64,000 nt of DNA. It comes from Heteronotia binoei (Eukaryota). Shown piece by piece: positions 49,001 to 61,434 of the stretch. Position numbers and translations under genes: made by a program. Every line of letters starts with the position of its first letter. The first letter of the stretch is position 1. The notes under the pieces are model-generated. The model ran no database searches, was not told the origin of the DNA, and worked only from the letters and a program-made list of their open reading frames with translations. The stretch spans positions 3,472,001 through 3,536,000 of the forward strand of contig NC_083240.1 in assembly GCF_032191835.1 (NCBI RefSeq). The letters are read 5' to 3'.

Positions 49001-50865
49001 CAGAATATTTTCTATCAAAAACCAGTTTCAGGCGACTCCTCAAACCCAGCTCCTCCAGGGTCTGGAGAGGAAAAGAAAGGGGGCTGCGGGTAAGAAATAC
49101 GTCAACAATCCTATTTATATGCATTTACTTGGAAGTAATGGGACGCATCTTGATCTAGGTCTGTTTTGCAAGATGAAAACCCCATCTCCGTCTGAAGGAC
49201 CTCGAAGAGCAGGAGGTGGGAGAGAAGGATTGTTTAATCATGAATTTATTTAGACATGGACACAAAATGCGGCGATATTTGTTTACAAAACCAAAATGAA
49301 CACACAGCAGAAGAACTGAAACAAAAGTGAAGCAACTGTGCATGATAAACGGAAATGAAAACCTTTGTAGTTTCTTATTTTATAGGATATTGGAATGTCT
49401 TGTGTTCATCAATATATTCGTACAAAAAAACAGTAAGATCTCTGACTGCACAATACCACCGTGCTGGACAAACAAGTTTTCTTGGTGCAGATCAAAGGGA
49501 GGACTTTCAGTACTCAAAGTACTGTTTTCTTTGAAGACTACATAGCAGTTTGGTAAGAATTAGGATAACGTTGTACATGGTGACCCTCTTTGCATATGAT
49601 TTTTGGGATTGTACCTTTTAGCCGCTGTAGTATGACACCTGGCACATTTCCCATAAGGTTTTTAGCATTGGTTGACTTTTTGGAGCATGTGCCAATTTTG
49701 AGGAACTTGCATAGAAGTCTCAAGATAACACAGGTATGCCGCCTTTGCTTTTAATATGTGTTGGGGTGTTTTATATGTCTACGGTATTCATGTTTATGGT
49801 ATTCATATTTATTTGTCGGGATGCTGATTAGTATCGGCTTTTGAGAAAGCAGAAGACATGAAACTTGGCTGTAATTAGCTAGCAAACGTGTTGGGGAAGA
49901 CGGATCTTCCTTCTGGAACCAGTTGGAGCTGAACTTCATTTTGTGGGGCAGTACGGAACAGTGACTGTGTTACTTTACTGAAAAATAACCCTCTGATCTA
50001 CACCAAGAAGCTTCTGACATTATTTATTCAGCACTGCGGTATTCTGCAATCTGATATGTTATTGGATTTTTCTATGAGTATATTCGATGAACACAAAGCA
50101 TTTTGATATATTATAAACGAAGAAACTAATGAAGGTTTTTATTTACAATGTTTATTTATTATACACAGTTGCTTCGTTTGTTTCAGCAAGATTTATTTAG
50201 ACATGGGTGCAAAACGCTGTAAGAAGGGCATTCCTCCCCATCCCAGAGGCAGTCTTTTTCAATATGCTGGACTTTGCTCCTTGTTCAAAATATAAAAACA
50301 AGAAAGATACTGGTCACCAAGTGCTGAGAGACACTTCAGTGGTGAATGAAGAGGATGCACTGACATAGGGAAGAATTAACAGTAATCATAAAGAGCTCTC
50401 CTGAAATCGTAGTATTCTGTTCTCCCTCCGTCTCTCCCTAACCCTGCAATGGCAAAGTTCTCATGCCTTGAATAGCAGACTGATTCATTCATAGCCATGA
50501 CAGGAAACGGCTTCTCCCAGTGGCGTTGTTGGCCATCTTTGAAAGGAGAGCCAACTGGGGTAAAAGCTCTCTCTGGCACTTCTCCCCTTTTGCTCCCAGA
50601 AACCAGCTCAATGCCCATCCTCCATCCCTCCTTCGATCTGCTCCACAAGCTCCAAAGTTAAGCATCGGTTGGGTTTAAGAGCCGGCAGACGCTCTGAGTG
50701 AGGCTGCGGGGTGCCAACGGACACCTCCAAAGAAAGCAGAGGATGTCTAAAATTGCAAAGGCAACTGGAGTGCAAACGGAAAGGGGCGGGGAGAAGACTT
50801 TGCCCACCAATTCCACAAGAGGTCGAAAAGCGCTGCCCAGGGGGGCTCGATCCAGTTTCCCCTCC

Positions 50866-51012
50866 TCAGGAGGCCACCTCTGGGCCAATGGTGATACTGC
50901 TGTTGGTTACACGGACACCGTACCAGCCCGCCCAGAACTGAGTGTCTTGGCCCCCGTGTTGAAAATAGATGTAGCGGACGCCGGAAGGGTAGTTGTGAAA
51001 AGTGTGAGTCAT
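50866..51012 (-). CDS. FBXO6/44-like last coding exon (147 nt including TGA)
   Basis: tttttcag|ATG. Encodes MTHTFHNYPSGVRYIYFQHGGQDTQFWAGWYGVRVTNSSITIGPEVAS*. Total CDS 765 nt = 254 aa. Confidence 0.94.
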   Translation of the reverse strand: MTHTFHNYPSGVRYIYFQHGGQDTQFWAGWYGVRVTNSSITIGPEVAS

Positions 51013-51386
51013 CTGAAAAAGCAAAGGGGGGAAAGATTGGATTTCATCAGCTTTGTTCTAGCCCATGTCATATTCCAAACTAGGAGACACAGGGTGAGAG
51101 ATCATAAGAAGTCATGGGGTGAGAGAAACATTTACATATTTCTGCTCTCAAAACTCCCCCTGCAATATTTTATAACCTTCTTGGCAATCCCACCCACCTC
51201 TCTGGGACTTCTTCCTGCCGCTACCTCATTCCCTAGTAGGACATGCTCACTGGACTGGAAGAGAGGGGGAGAGACACCCCCTCTTTTGGTTAATTCAAAA
51301 AGACACATTTTCCTAACACCTGGCCAGCCTCCCAGGCATGCCAGAATGCCTTCCTTGTCCACAGGTGGGCAGCTTTGCCTGCCTGG

Positions 51387-52105
51387 TGCCAGTTTGGTGT
51401 AGTTGTTAAGTGTGCGGACTCTTATCTGGGAGAACCGGGTTTGATTCCCCACTCCTCCCATTGCACCCGCTAGCATAGCCTTGGATCAGCCATAGTGGTT
51501 AAGTGAGCAGACTCTTATCTAAGAGAACCGGGTTTGATTCCCCACTTCTCCACTTGCACCTGCTGGAATGGCCTTGGGCCACCCATAGTGGTTAAGTGAG
51601 CAGACTGTTATCTGGGAGAACCAGGTTTGATTCCCTACTCCTCCCCTTGCAGCTGCTGGAATGGCCTTGGGTCAGCCATAGTGGTGAAGTGAGGGGACTC
51701 TAATCTGGAAGATCCGGGTTTGATTCCCCCACTCCTCCACTTGCAGCTGCTGGAATGGCCTTGGGTCAGCCGTAGTGGTTAAGTGCGCGGACTCTTATCT
51801 GGGAGAACCGGGTTTGATTCCCCACTCCTCCCTTTGCAGCTGCTGGAATGGCCTTGGAGCAGCCATAGTGGTTAAGTGTTCGGACTGTTATCTGGGAGAA
51901 CCGGGTTTGATTCCCTACTCTTCCCCTTGCAGCTGCTGGAATGGCCTTGGGTCAGCCATAGCTCTGGCAGAGGTTGTCCTTGAAAGGGCAGCTGCTGTGA
52001 TAACCCTCTCAGCTCCACCCACCTCACAGGGTGTCTGTTGTTGGGGCAGAAGATATGGGAGACTGTGAGCTGCTCTGAGTCTCTGACTCAGGGAGAAGAG
52101 CAGGG
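51387..52105 (+). repeat. Squam3-like SINE with 6 tandem 93-94-bp heads
   Basis: Heads at 51399, 51493, 51586, 51679, 51773 and 51866, followed by the body from 51959. Confidence 0.88.
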
Positions 52106-52334
52106 TATAAATATGCAATTCTTTTTTCATGACCAGCCCAAGAGCCCCACTTTAAAAAAAAAAAAAAAGCATTTAAAATATCTTGGGGATCTAAAAGTGA
52201 CTTCCAGAGCAAAATGCAGAAGTGACAGAAATTTAACTGTGAACCTAAAAACCCAACAAGGCCAGCAGTGACCTTTTCACACATTTGATGCACCCCAACT
52301 CAGAAAGGATCGATTGGGCCAGCAGTGTCCTCAC

Positions 52335-52470
52335 CTCACGCCATTCTGCATCGCTCCACTGTTCGATCATCACCTTTTCTGGGTCAAATTCTGCCAGGAC
52401 GATGTAGTTTGCAGAGAGCAGCCTGACGTTCAGTTTGTACTGGCAGCCACAATCAAACCTGGCGGCATAC
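52335..52470 (-). CDS. FBXO6/44-like coding exon 4 (136 nt)
   Basis: gaacccag|G...GAG|gtgagg. Encodes YAARFDCGCQYKLNVRLLSANYIVLAEFDPEKVMIEQWSDAEWRE. Confidence 0.94.
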
Positions 52471-53659
52471 CTGGGTTCGGGTGAGAGGGAGGAAAGCATC
52501 AAGCACGGAGCTGTTACATATGCACAAGGCCATACGGGGAAGGGGCCTCCCTCTGAGAGCCAGTGGGTAAGTGTGCGGATTCTTATCTGGGAGAACCGGG
52601 TTTGATTCCCCACTCCTCCACTTGCAGCTGCTGGAATGGCCTTGGGGCAGCCATAGTGGTGAAGTGTGCGAACTCTTATCTGGGAGAACCGGGTTTGATT
52701 CCCCACTCCTCCACTGGCAGCTGCTGGAATGGCCTTGGGGCAGCCATAGTGGTGAAGTGTGCAGACTCTTATCTGGGAGAACCGGGTTTGAAGAAGATGA
52801 AGACATTGGATTTATATCCCGCCCTCCACTCCGAAGAGTCTCAGAGCGGCTCACAATGTCCTTTACCTTCCTCCCCCACAACAGACACCCTGTGAGGTGG
52901 GTGGGGCTGGAGAGGGCTCTCACAGCAGCTGCCCTTTCAAGGTCAACCTCTGCCATAGCTATGGCTCACCCAAGGCCATTCCAGCAGCTGTAATTGGAGG
53001 AGTGGGGAATCAAACCCTGTTCTCCAAGATAAGAGTCCGCACACTCAACCACTACACCAAACTGGCTCTCCACTGATTCCCCACTGCTCCAGTTGCAGCT
53101 GCTGGAATGGCCTTGGGTCAGCCATAGTTGTTAAGTGAGCGGACTCTTATGTGGGAGAACCGGGTTTGATTCCCCACTCCTCCCCTTGCAGCTGCTGGAA
53201 TGGCCTTCAGTCAGCCAGAGCTATCGCAGGAGTTGTCCTTGAAAGGGCAGCTTTTGTCAGAGCTCTCTCAGCCGCACCCACCTCACAGGGTGTCTGTTGT
53301 GGCGGAGGAAGATAAAGGAGATGCTGAGCCCCGCTCTGAGACTCTTGAGTGGAGGGCGGAATATAAATCCAGTGCCGTCCTTCTTCTCCTCTCTCTCTCA
53401 GGCCCAGCATCAGACAGCGGAACACAGCAAGAGCAGTTCCGCCCTGCTCTAGTTCCAGCCAGCCAGACATCCTGAACTTGCCCAAGTTGCTGTCGCCAGG
53501 GCCAGAGGGAGGAGACAGCAAGCAGACATTCTTCTGCCTCCTGCATCTGACTCACTGGTTGGTCTTGAGCTACAGACATATCTGCGCCCCCCCAACATCC
53601 ATCTCAGGTTTTTCTTCATTTCCTTTACATTCAGGTAGCTGTGGTGTTGGTCCGAAGCA

Positions 53660-53857
53660 GCAGAGCATAGTTTGAGAGGTGGAAAGAAAGCAACTTTAAA
53701 TGCGTTTCCCAAGCTGCTGGCTGGCTTGGCAAAGTGATTTAAAGAGACAAATGCCTTCTCCAAGGTGGCTGACGGGGTGGTGGAGGCTTCAAGAGCCACA
53801 CAATATGTGTGAAAGAGCCACATGTGGCTCCCGAGCCACAGTTTGGCCACCCCTGCT
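53660..53857. mobile_element. hAT-like MITE end (CAGGGGTGGCCAAAC family)
   Basis: Ends cagtttggccacccctg. The same family occurs at 13222-13290 plus 14660-14792, split by the Squam3-like array, with fragments at about 22838-22900 and 23270-23715. Confidence 0.6.
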
Positions 53858-54106
53858 CTAAATGATGCCTGCCATTCAAACCCCTCAAAAAAGCCCCAGC
53901 AAAGAAGGAAGCCTTGCGGTGCCTCCTTAAGATCTCTGTGGAGGGCTCCCTCACATCTTCAGAGAGCCCATCTCACAGAACCGGAGCCACAAGGGAAAAG
54001 TCTGAGGTTCAGGCCAGTGCTGGATAGGCCACCCTAAGCAGTGGGATGGCCAAAAGATCGCTGCTTGCCTTAACATAAGCTAACCCTCCCCCCCGGCCCT
54101 ACTCAC

Positions 54107-54202
54107 CAATCCTTCACGACGATATCTGGCTTGGTCTTGTCCATCAGCTCGGCCCAGTAGCCCTCCTTCTTTAAGTCGATGACTTGGGACTTCATGCAGG
54201 GC
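54107..54202 (-). CDS. FBXO6/44-like coding exon 3 (96 nt)
   Basis: gtcctcag|G...TG|gtgagt. Encodes PCMKSQVIDLKKEGYWAELMDKTKPDIVVKDW. Confidence 0.94.
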
Positions 54203-54217
54203 CTGAGGACAGATCAG

Positions 54218-55140
54218 AAGATGATGATGATATTGGATTTATATCCCGCCCTCCACTCCAAAGAGGCTCAGAGCGGCTCACAATCTCCTCTACCTTCCTC
54301 CCCCACAACAGACACCCTGTGAGGTGGGTGTGGCTGAGAGGGCTCTCACAGCAGCTGCCCTTTCAAGGACAACCTTTGTCAGAGCCATGGCTGACCCAAG
54401 GCCATGCTAGCCGCTGCAAGTGGAGGAGCGGGGAATCAAAGCTGGTTCTCCCAGATAAGAGTCCGCTCACTTAACCACTATGGCTGACCCAAGGCCATTC
54501 CAGCAGCTGCAAGTGAAGGAGTGGGGAATCAAACCCGGTTCTCCCAGATAAGAGTCTGCTCACTTAACCACTATGGCTGCCCCAAGGCCATTCCAGCAGC
54601 TGCAAGTGGAGGAGTGGGGAATCAAACCTGGTTCTCCCAGATAAGAGTCCTCACACTTAACCACTATGGCTGACCCAAGGCCATTCCAGCAGCTGCAAGT
54701 GGAGGAGTGGGGAATCAAACCCGGTTCTCCCAGATAAGAGTCCTCTCACTTAACCACTATGGCTGGCCCAAGGCCATTCCAGGTGCTGCAAGTGGAGGAG
54801 TGGGGAATCAAACCTGGTTCTCCCAGATAAGAGTCCTCACACTTAACCACTATGGCTGACCCAAGGCCATTCCAGCAGCTGCAAGTGGAGGAGTGGGGAA
54901 TCAAACCCGGTTCTCCCAGATAAGAGTCTGCTCACTTAACCACTATGGCTGACCCAAGGCCATTCCAGCAGGTGCAAGTGGAGGAGTGGGGAATCAAACC
55001 CGGTTCTCCCAGATAAGAGTCCGCTCACTTCACCACTATGGCTGATCCAAGGCTATGCTAGCGGGTGCAAGTGGAGGAGTGGGGAATCAAACCCAGTTCT
55101 CCCAGATAAGAGTCTTCACACTTCACTACTACACTAAACA
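54218..55140 (-). repeat. Squam3-like SINE with 8 tandem 93-bp heads
   Basis: Units at 54386, 54479, 54572, 54665, 54758, 54851, 54944 and 55037. The tail abuts the acceptor of the FBXO exon at 54202. Confidence 0.88.
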
Positions 55141-56953
55141 TGTTCTCCAATCATTTGACTCCCCTCCCCCCCCATGATAAATGCAGGAGGGAGCCGAAGC
55201 AGAAAGGGAGACCTGCTGGTGCCCCCAGGAGAGATCTTGCAATTACTGCAGCAACATGATCTCTTCTTCCCTCTTCATAACCCTTCAGCGGTTTTTCATT
55301 TTGGCAGCTGTCAGTAACTGGAACGGAGCCCTTGCATAGCACTTGCTCTATTTAAAGGTAAAGGGTAGTCCCCTGTGGAAACACCGGTCGTTTTCGACTC
55401 TGGGGTGACGTTGCATCATGACGTTTTCACGGCAGACTTTTTTACTTTGCCTCCCTGGAACAACGGTGAGCAGTTGAATCCACATGCATTGGGGATGGCT
55501 GCATACCTCTGAACACCTGAGTGAAGGGCAATAGTACAAATGGACTTCATACTTAAATTATAGACCGCTGGAAGCCTGTGGGGAGGGGTCACAGTTCAGA
55601 ATTTCTTGGTGTGCTGAAGGTTCCAGGTTCAACCTCCAGCACCTCCAGTTAAAATGACCCAGCAGTAGGCGACACGAAAGTTTGCTACCTGGGAGACCTT
55701 GGGGAGCTGCAGCCAGTCAGATGAGACAATACTGATGGACTAAGGTTTGGATGGATTCAGCTTCATATGTTCATCCGGGGCTTTTTTTGAGCAGGAACGC
55801 ACAGGAACACAGTTCCGGCTGGTTTGGCATCAGGGGGTGTGGCCTAATATGCAAAAAAGTTCCTGCTGGGCTTTTTCTCAAAAAAAAAAGCACCCTGCAT
55901 TCATGTAACATCAGGCTGGCCAAGATGAGTACCAACGCTGGACTAGATGGACTCTGGGCCTTAACCCTTGATTAAACCATGGCCTGTTCTCAAAATGGCT
56001 TCCTTCCCCTCCACCCAAATCTCAATAGCTTTGCATGGCCACTGCAGGTGTATGAGGGGTCCATTTTTGTCCTGGTCCCTCTCCAGTTTGATGTAGTGGT
56101 TAAGTGCGCAGACTCTTATCTGGGAGAACCGGGTTCGATTCCCCACTCCTCCACTTGCAGCTGCTGGAATGGCCTTGGGGCAGCCATAGTGGTTAAGTGA
56201 GCGGACTCTTATCTGGGAGAACTCGGTTTGATTCCTCACTCCTCCATTTGCAGCTGCTGGAATGGCCTTGGCCTTGGGTTAGCCATAGCTCTGGCAGAGG
56301 TTGTCCTTGAAAGGGCAGCTGCTGGGAGAGCCCTCTCAGCCCCACCCACCTCACAGGGTGTCTGTTGTGGGGGAGGAGGATAAAGGAGATTGTGAGCCAC
56401 TCTGAGATTTGCAGTGGAGGGCAGGATATAAATCCAATATCATCTTCTTCTAAGTCTCCCCCTCCTAAGTTATTGGTTCTTAAATATAAAACTCTGCCAA
56501 AGGGGGAGTGTAGGGGTGCCACTTTTCAGGTGGGGCCTGGACATCTCCTGGAATTACAATTCACCTCCAGGCTACAGAGATGAATTCCCCGGGACAAGTT
56601 GGCAGCTTCAGACTCCAAGGTATACCATACAGGTGAAATTTCATAAGGTGAAATTCCTTCTGCACAGTCACCCCCAGATCTCCAGGAATTTCCCACCCTA
56701 GAGTTGGCAACCCTAGGGAAGTGCCATCTGGTTAAGAACTTTTGGCACTCAATGCCATGGGTCCCATTTTAAAAAACAACAACTGGAGCATCTAAAATCC
56801 TGTTGCATTATCTTGCTTAGTCTTAATGTTTTGTGATAGGAAATGAGTTTCAAATAGCTGTTCATCCTATGGAGTGTTTCTTACCAGTTCTGACTGGTGT
56901 TTATCACTGCGTAGAAAAGAAATGCTCAAGAAATCCAGAGCCAAGGATCTCAC

Positions 56954-57080
56954 CCATAAGACGTGACAAAGTATTTCTGAATGGCTGGCTGGGGAAAGTT
57001 TCTCCCATGAGCTCCAGGCAGATCTTCCACCTTCCACTCATCTCCTTCATTGGAGTCGATTTTCCAGTGCTTAAAACTAT
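56954..57080 (-). CDS. FBXO6/44-like coding exon 2 (127 nt, FBA domain)
   Basis: cccacag|AT...GG|gtgaga. Encodes DSFKHWKIDSNEGDEWKVEDLPGAHGRNFPQPAIQKYFVTSYG. Confidence 0.93.
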
Positions 57081-57664
57081 CTGTGGGAAAGGAAGTTAAG
57101 GAGAATGGACAGGATTGGATGAGAGGTTAATCTGGCTGGGTGGGTGGCGGGGGGGGGACAGGAACAGCTAAAGATGCTGGAGAATTTGGGGCAAAGTCTC
57201 CGTTCCCTTAAAAGGGAAGGCAAGTGAGCATCTGAACACAGCGGTTACAGGACAGATGAACAGCTAAATTTGAGTCCAGCAACGCTTAGAGACAAACAAC
57301 ATTTTCAGGGTAATAACTCATCCAAAGATATCGGACAAAGGGAGATACCCTCGAACTACCAGCACGACTGAAAGGGACCTGAAGTTTTAATCCTATTTAT
57401 TCTTAAAATTTCACCACATTCACAGACTTGTGGCATGAATTGCCACTGAAGAGTGCAAGCAGAAACTAAAATATATCACTTGCCTTGGAATGCATCACCC
57501 AGAAAGCGACAAAAAACCCCACCCTTTAAAACTGCTCTCTTTGGGGGTTTTACGCTCTGTATCTATAGTGGTTAATGGACATTCAGTCTCACTGAGGAAT
57601 TCTGGGAACTGCAGTTCTAGGGATTGCAAATGGAGGTTCTCTGCATCTCACTACAATTCCCAGG

Positions 57665-57901
57665 TAGATAGATCTAAGTGGGCGGCCGTGTTGGTCTGAA
57701 GCAGTAGAACAAAGTCAGAGTCAACTAGCACCTTTAAGACCAACAAAGTTTTATTCAGAATGTAAGCTTTTTTATGCATGCATACTTCTTCAGGCAAGGG
57801 GATCTCCTCGTCTGACGAAGTATGCATGCATACGAAAACTTACATTCTAAATAAAACTTTGTCGGTCTCAAAGGTGTCATTTGACTCCTACTTTGTTCTA
57901 C
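57665..57901. mobile_element. Inverted pair of Penelope-like termini (palindrome)
   Basis: 90-bp arms at 57704-57793 and 57812-57901, with an 18-nt spacer. Confidence 0.7.
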
Positions 57902-58965
57902 AATTCCCAAAATCCTTTAGGAGAACCGGAGTCAATTAGCTGGATCTAAAAGTAAGGCTGAATTCTACACCTCAAAGAACAAATAAATAAAGTAGAGGAA
58001 AACCCAGAGCCCTAAAAATTCTATTTTCAAGTACATAATATATTCACAGGAAAAGAGCAGCAGAAGCTAACATATAACAACACACTCAGTTCCTGAAAGA
58101 AAAGAGAACTCAAACTTTGCAAAGCATTCTATTCTAGAAAGGGACAGAGCAGGTTCTTTAAAATGGTTACATTTCTGGTTCTCTTGCCTATATTTATAAC
58201 GGCTTTTCTACACTATAGACTTAAGGAGTCTCCCACAGATATGCTGGGAACAGTAGTTCTTTAGCTATTGCCAGCATCCCCCCCCACCAAACTACAGTTC
58301 CCATGATGCTTTGAGAAGACAGCCAGCTCGGTTAACCTGGTAGAAAACGAATACACACACAAACCATGTTGACTGCCTTTTAAATACGTTCACTCCAGAT
58401 TTGTTTCCCTCTCAGTTCTGTCTGTTTCCAGAAAGTCCAGTTTTTTCACATTTCAGAACACACACACAGCAGGGGGAAGCCATTCATGTTAACAAGAGCC
58501 AAAGAATCTCAGAACATTTTGATGAATTAAACATTTGCTCCTAAATATATTAGTTATTTTCTAGTATAACTGCTTACAAACTCAGGGGTGGCGTGCAGCC
58601 CCTAAGAACAAAAAAAAATTGGACGTTTAGTCAAATTAAAAGAAATATTAACCGATTTTGATTTGAGTGATATTCCGCTCCCTCTAAAATACTCTTTGCC
58701 AGGAGAAAACTGCCAGTTCAGGAAAGAGTATTCCAGCCTACCCTCTTTTCTTGAAATGCTCATTTTCTATAGGCAAGGAACAGCTGAGTTATGGGGAGGG
58801 GAGCATCCAAATTTGAGACACTCCATCCTGCACTCTGAAAGGGTATGGTCCTAAGGATGCTATCCTCTGCGGTTGATGGACTGGCCACTCAGCTAGGAAA
58901 AAGGGTTGGGTGAACCGGTTTTAAATCTGGAAGGAGCGTTTCTTCTTTTTCTTTTAAGGACCCAC

Positions 58966-59224
58966 CTTCAGCCGCAGGATTTTTGATTAGGTTCCTCTTC
59001 AGAATGCAAAGGAAGTAGAAAATCTTCCAGTCGGGGACGCTCCTTTCCTGCCCCCTGGGAAGGTGGCCCTCCCGCTGGCACTTGCGTTTCCACAGGGTGG
59101 GCACATCCACCAGGTCTCGCCACTGGGAGCAAACCAGCCGGCAGTTGCGGATCAGGTCCCTGCCGGGCACCAGAGAGAGCAAGTGCAGAAGGAGGTCTTC
59201 GGGCAGGTCTCCGATGTGGACCAT
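58966..59224 (-). CDS. F-box only protein 6/44-like, coding exon 1 (F-box domain), 259 nt
   Basis: MVHIGDLPEDLLLHLLSLVPGRDLIRNCRLVCSQWRDLVD...DWKIFYFLCILKRNLIKNPAAE. Acceptor ctggcag| at 59258/59257, donor GAAG|gtgggt. FBXO6 versus FBXO44 orthology is unresolved, so no symbol is given. Confidence 0.93.
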
Positions 59225-59603
59225 CCTCTTTCCTGCCTTCCCAGAGGCCTGAGCTGCCTGCCAGAAAGAGGTTAGAGAGGCTGAGGCCCTCCAGAGACAT
59301 CCAGCAGTGCTGGAGGCTGCGAATCAGTGCAAAAAAGTAAACGCCAAAATACAAATTGCTTCCTATCAGGGGATCCCTGGGAAAGTGTCCTGGGAGTTCT
59401 AACCAAGCTGCACTCATCTTCATAAGTTAGACATAACACCCCTGTGAGGGAGGCAGATGAGACGAGCGCTGCAGAATCAGACCAGGAGTCCATCCGATCC
59501 ACTCTCCTGTTTCACAGATTGCCTGTCGTGCCCCAAAACCAAGAGCGTGAAAGCTGATTCCGACAGCCCTGCAAGGTAGACTAGTGTGGTTATTGCACAG
59601 CTA

Positions 59604-59908
59604 AAAAAGGTAAAGCTAGTCCCCCTGTGCAAGCACCAGTCGTTTTCGACTCTGGGGTGACGTTGCTTTCACAACTTTTTCACGGCAGACTTTTTACGGA
59701 GTGGTTTGCCATTGCCTTCCCCGGTCATCTACACTTTCCCCCCAGCAAGCTGGGGACTCATTTGATCAACCTCCAAAGGATGGGAGGCTAAGTCAACCTG
59801 GAGCCAGCTACCTGAACCAGCTTCCGCTGGGATCGAACTCAGGTCGTGAGCTGAAAGCTCCGACTGCAGTACTGCAGCTTTACCACTCTGCGCCACGGGG
59901 CTCTTTAC
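59604..59908 (-). mobile_element. Full-length Sauria SINE
   Basis: 10-bp TSD tgcacagcta at 59594-59603 and 59909-59918. Another copy at about 60277-60500 and a fragment at about 55355-55445. Confidence 0.88.
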
Positions 59909-60559
59909 TGCACAGCTAGCCAGGCCCATTTTCATGGCAAGAAGGAAGCAATTTGTGAAATTCTCCTTATTCTTAAACCACGCTTCAGTAGTAGAAGACG
60001 ACATTGGATTTATACCCCGCCCTATACTCTGAATCACAGAGCAGTCATAATCTCCTTTACTTCCCCCTCCCCCCACAACAGACACCCTGTGAGCTGAGTG
60101 GGGCTGAGAGATCTCTGCTGCCCTTTCAAGGACAACTCCTGCGAGAGCTATGGCCAACCCGAGGCCATTCCAGCAGCTGCAAGTGGAGGACTGGGGAATC
60201 AAACCTGGGTCTTCCAGATAAGAGTCCACACACTTAATCACTGCACCAAACTGTGCCAGAGGAGACATAACTTACAAGGAAAGGTCCCCTGTGCAAGCAC
60301 CAGTCATTTCTGACTCTGGGGTGACATTGCTTTCACAATGTTTTCAGTGTAGTTTGCCATTGCCTTCCCCAGTCTTTTACACTTTCCCCCCAGCAAGCTG
60401 GGGACTCATTTTACCGACCTCGGAAGGATGGAAGGCTGAGTCAACCTTGGGCCGGCTACCTGAATCCAGCTTCTGCTGGGATCGAACTCAGGTCGTGTGA
60501 GCATTGAGTTCAGATCACAGCACCGCTTAGGAGGCAGGCACACTTTTGTCGATCGTTCT

Positions 60560-61430
60560 CACTCTCTTGCAAAACCAGCCGAAAGCCCTTCTAAAAGGCA
60601 GCCCCTCTCCCCGCTTGCGAGGCAAAGTGCTGCAGCAGCCGACGATATTCGGATTTCTCCCCGGGTCAACCTGAAGCCCCTCTAGCAGAGGGAGGGAGAG
60701 ATCCGCGCGAGGGCGCCCCAGGCAGGCGCTTCTGGGAACTGCAAGCCGGAAAGAGACAGGAAAGCGAAAGCGGCCGGGCCTGGCCTGGCTGAATGGCAGC
60801 TCCCACCCCCGATGCAGACGCCCCCGCCCTCGACTCGCGCGCCAAACACCTGCCTGCCTTGCAAAAAGGAGCCGCCGGGCGTTTCACCTGCGACCTGGAC
60901 CCGGGTTTACCCAGTCGTCGGAACCGCCCCTTTGCAGCGGGGCGGGCTCAGAGGGCTTCGCTTGCAAGGGGCTGCTGCCTGGCCTGATCTCCTCCCCGCT
61001 CCCCCCTTGGCTGCCGCCCTCCCCCACCGGGGCTCACCTGGGCTGCGAATGGAGGCAGGCAGGCAGGCAGGCGGGGAGAGGAGGCGCCTCCGCAGGCCGG
61101 GAGGAAGGCGAGGCCGGCCCGGGGGAGGAGGAGGAGGAGCCGGTTCTCCCGCGGCCTCCTCCTCCGGGGCGGAGCGGCCAAGGCAGGCGGCGTGGGGCTT
61201 TTTCCTGCCACTCCCGGACCTGGCGGGGGGCGCTCGAGGGCCAGGCATGCTTGCAAAGCCGCGCCCCGCTCCTGGGCTGGAGGCGTCTCCTCGGGAGTCA
61301 GCCTCCCCCCGCAAAAGGGCCGAAAGCCCGCTGGCACGTGCCGCTTTCCCCGCAGGGGCTCCCGGGGAGGCCAGGAAGGAAGGCCCCCGCCGCCCAGGCC
61401 AGCCCGAACTTTTCGAAAAGTTCTCACTCT
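60560..61430 (-). promoter_or_regulatory. CpG island, probable promoter and non-coding exon 1 of the FBXO6/44-like gene
   Basis: CpG-dense with GC boxes. Minus-strand donor CAG|gtgagc at 61038/61037, about 1.8 kb upstream of the acceptor at 59257. Confidence 0.7.
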
Positions 61431-61434
61431 CGGG

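Noticed and set aside
50698-51402. 234-aa plus-strand ORF
   Set aside because: It is the antisense shadow of the FBXO last exon and flanks, with no recognisable homology.
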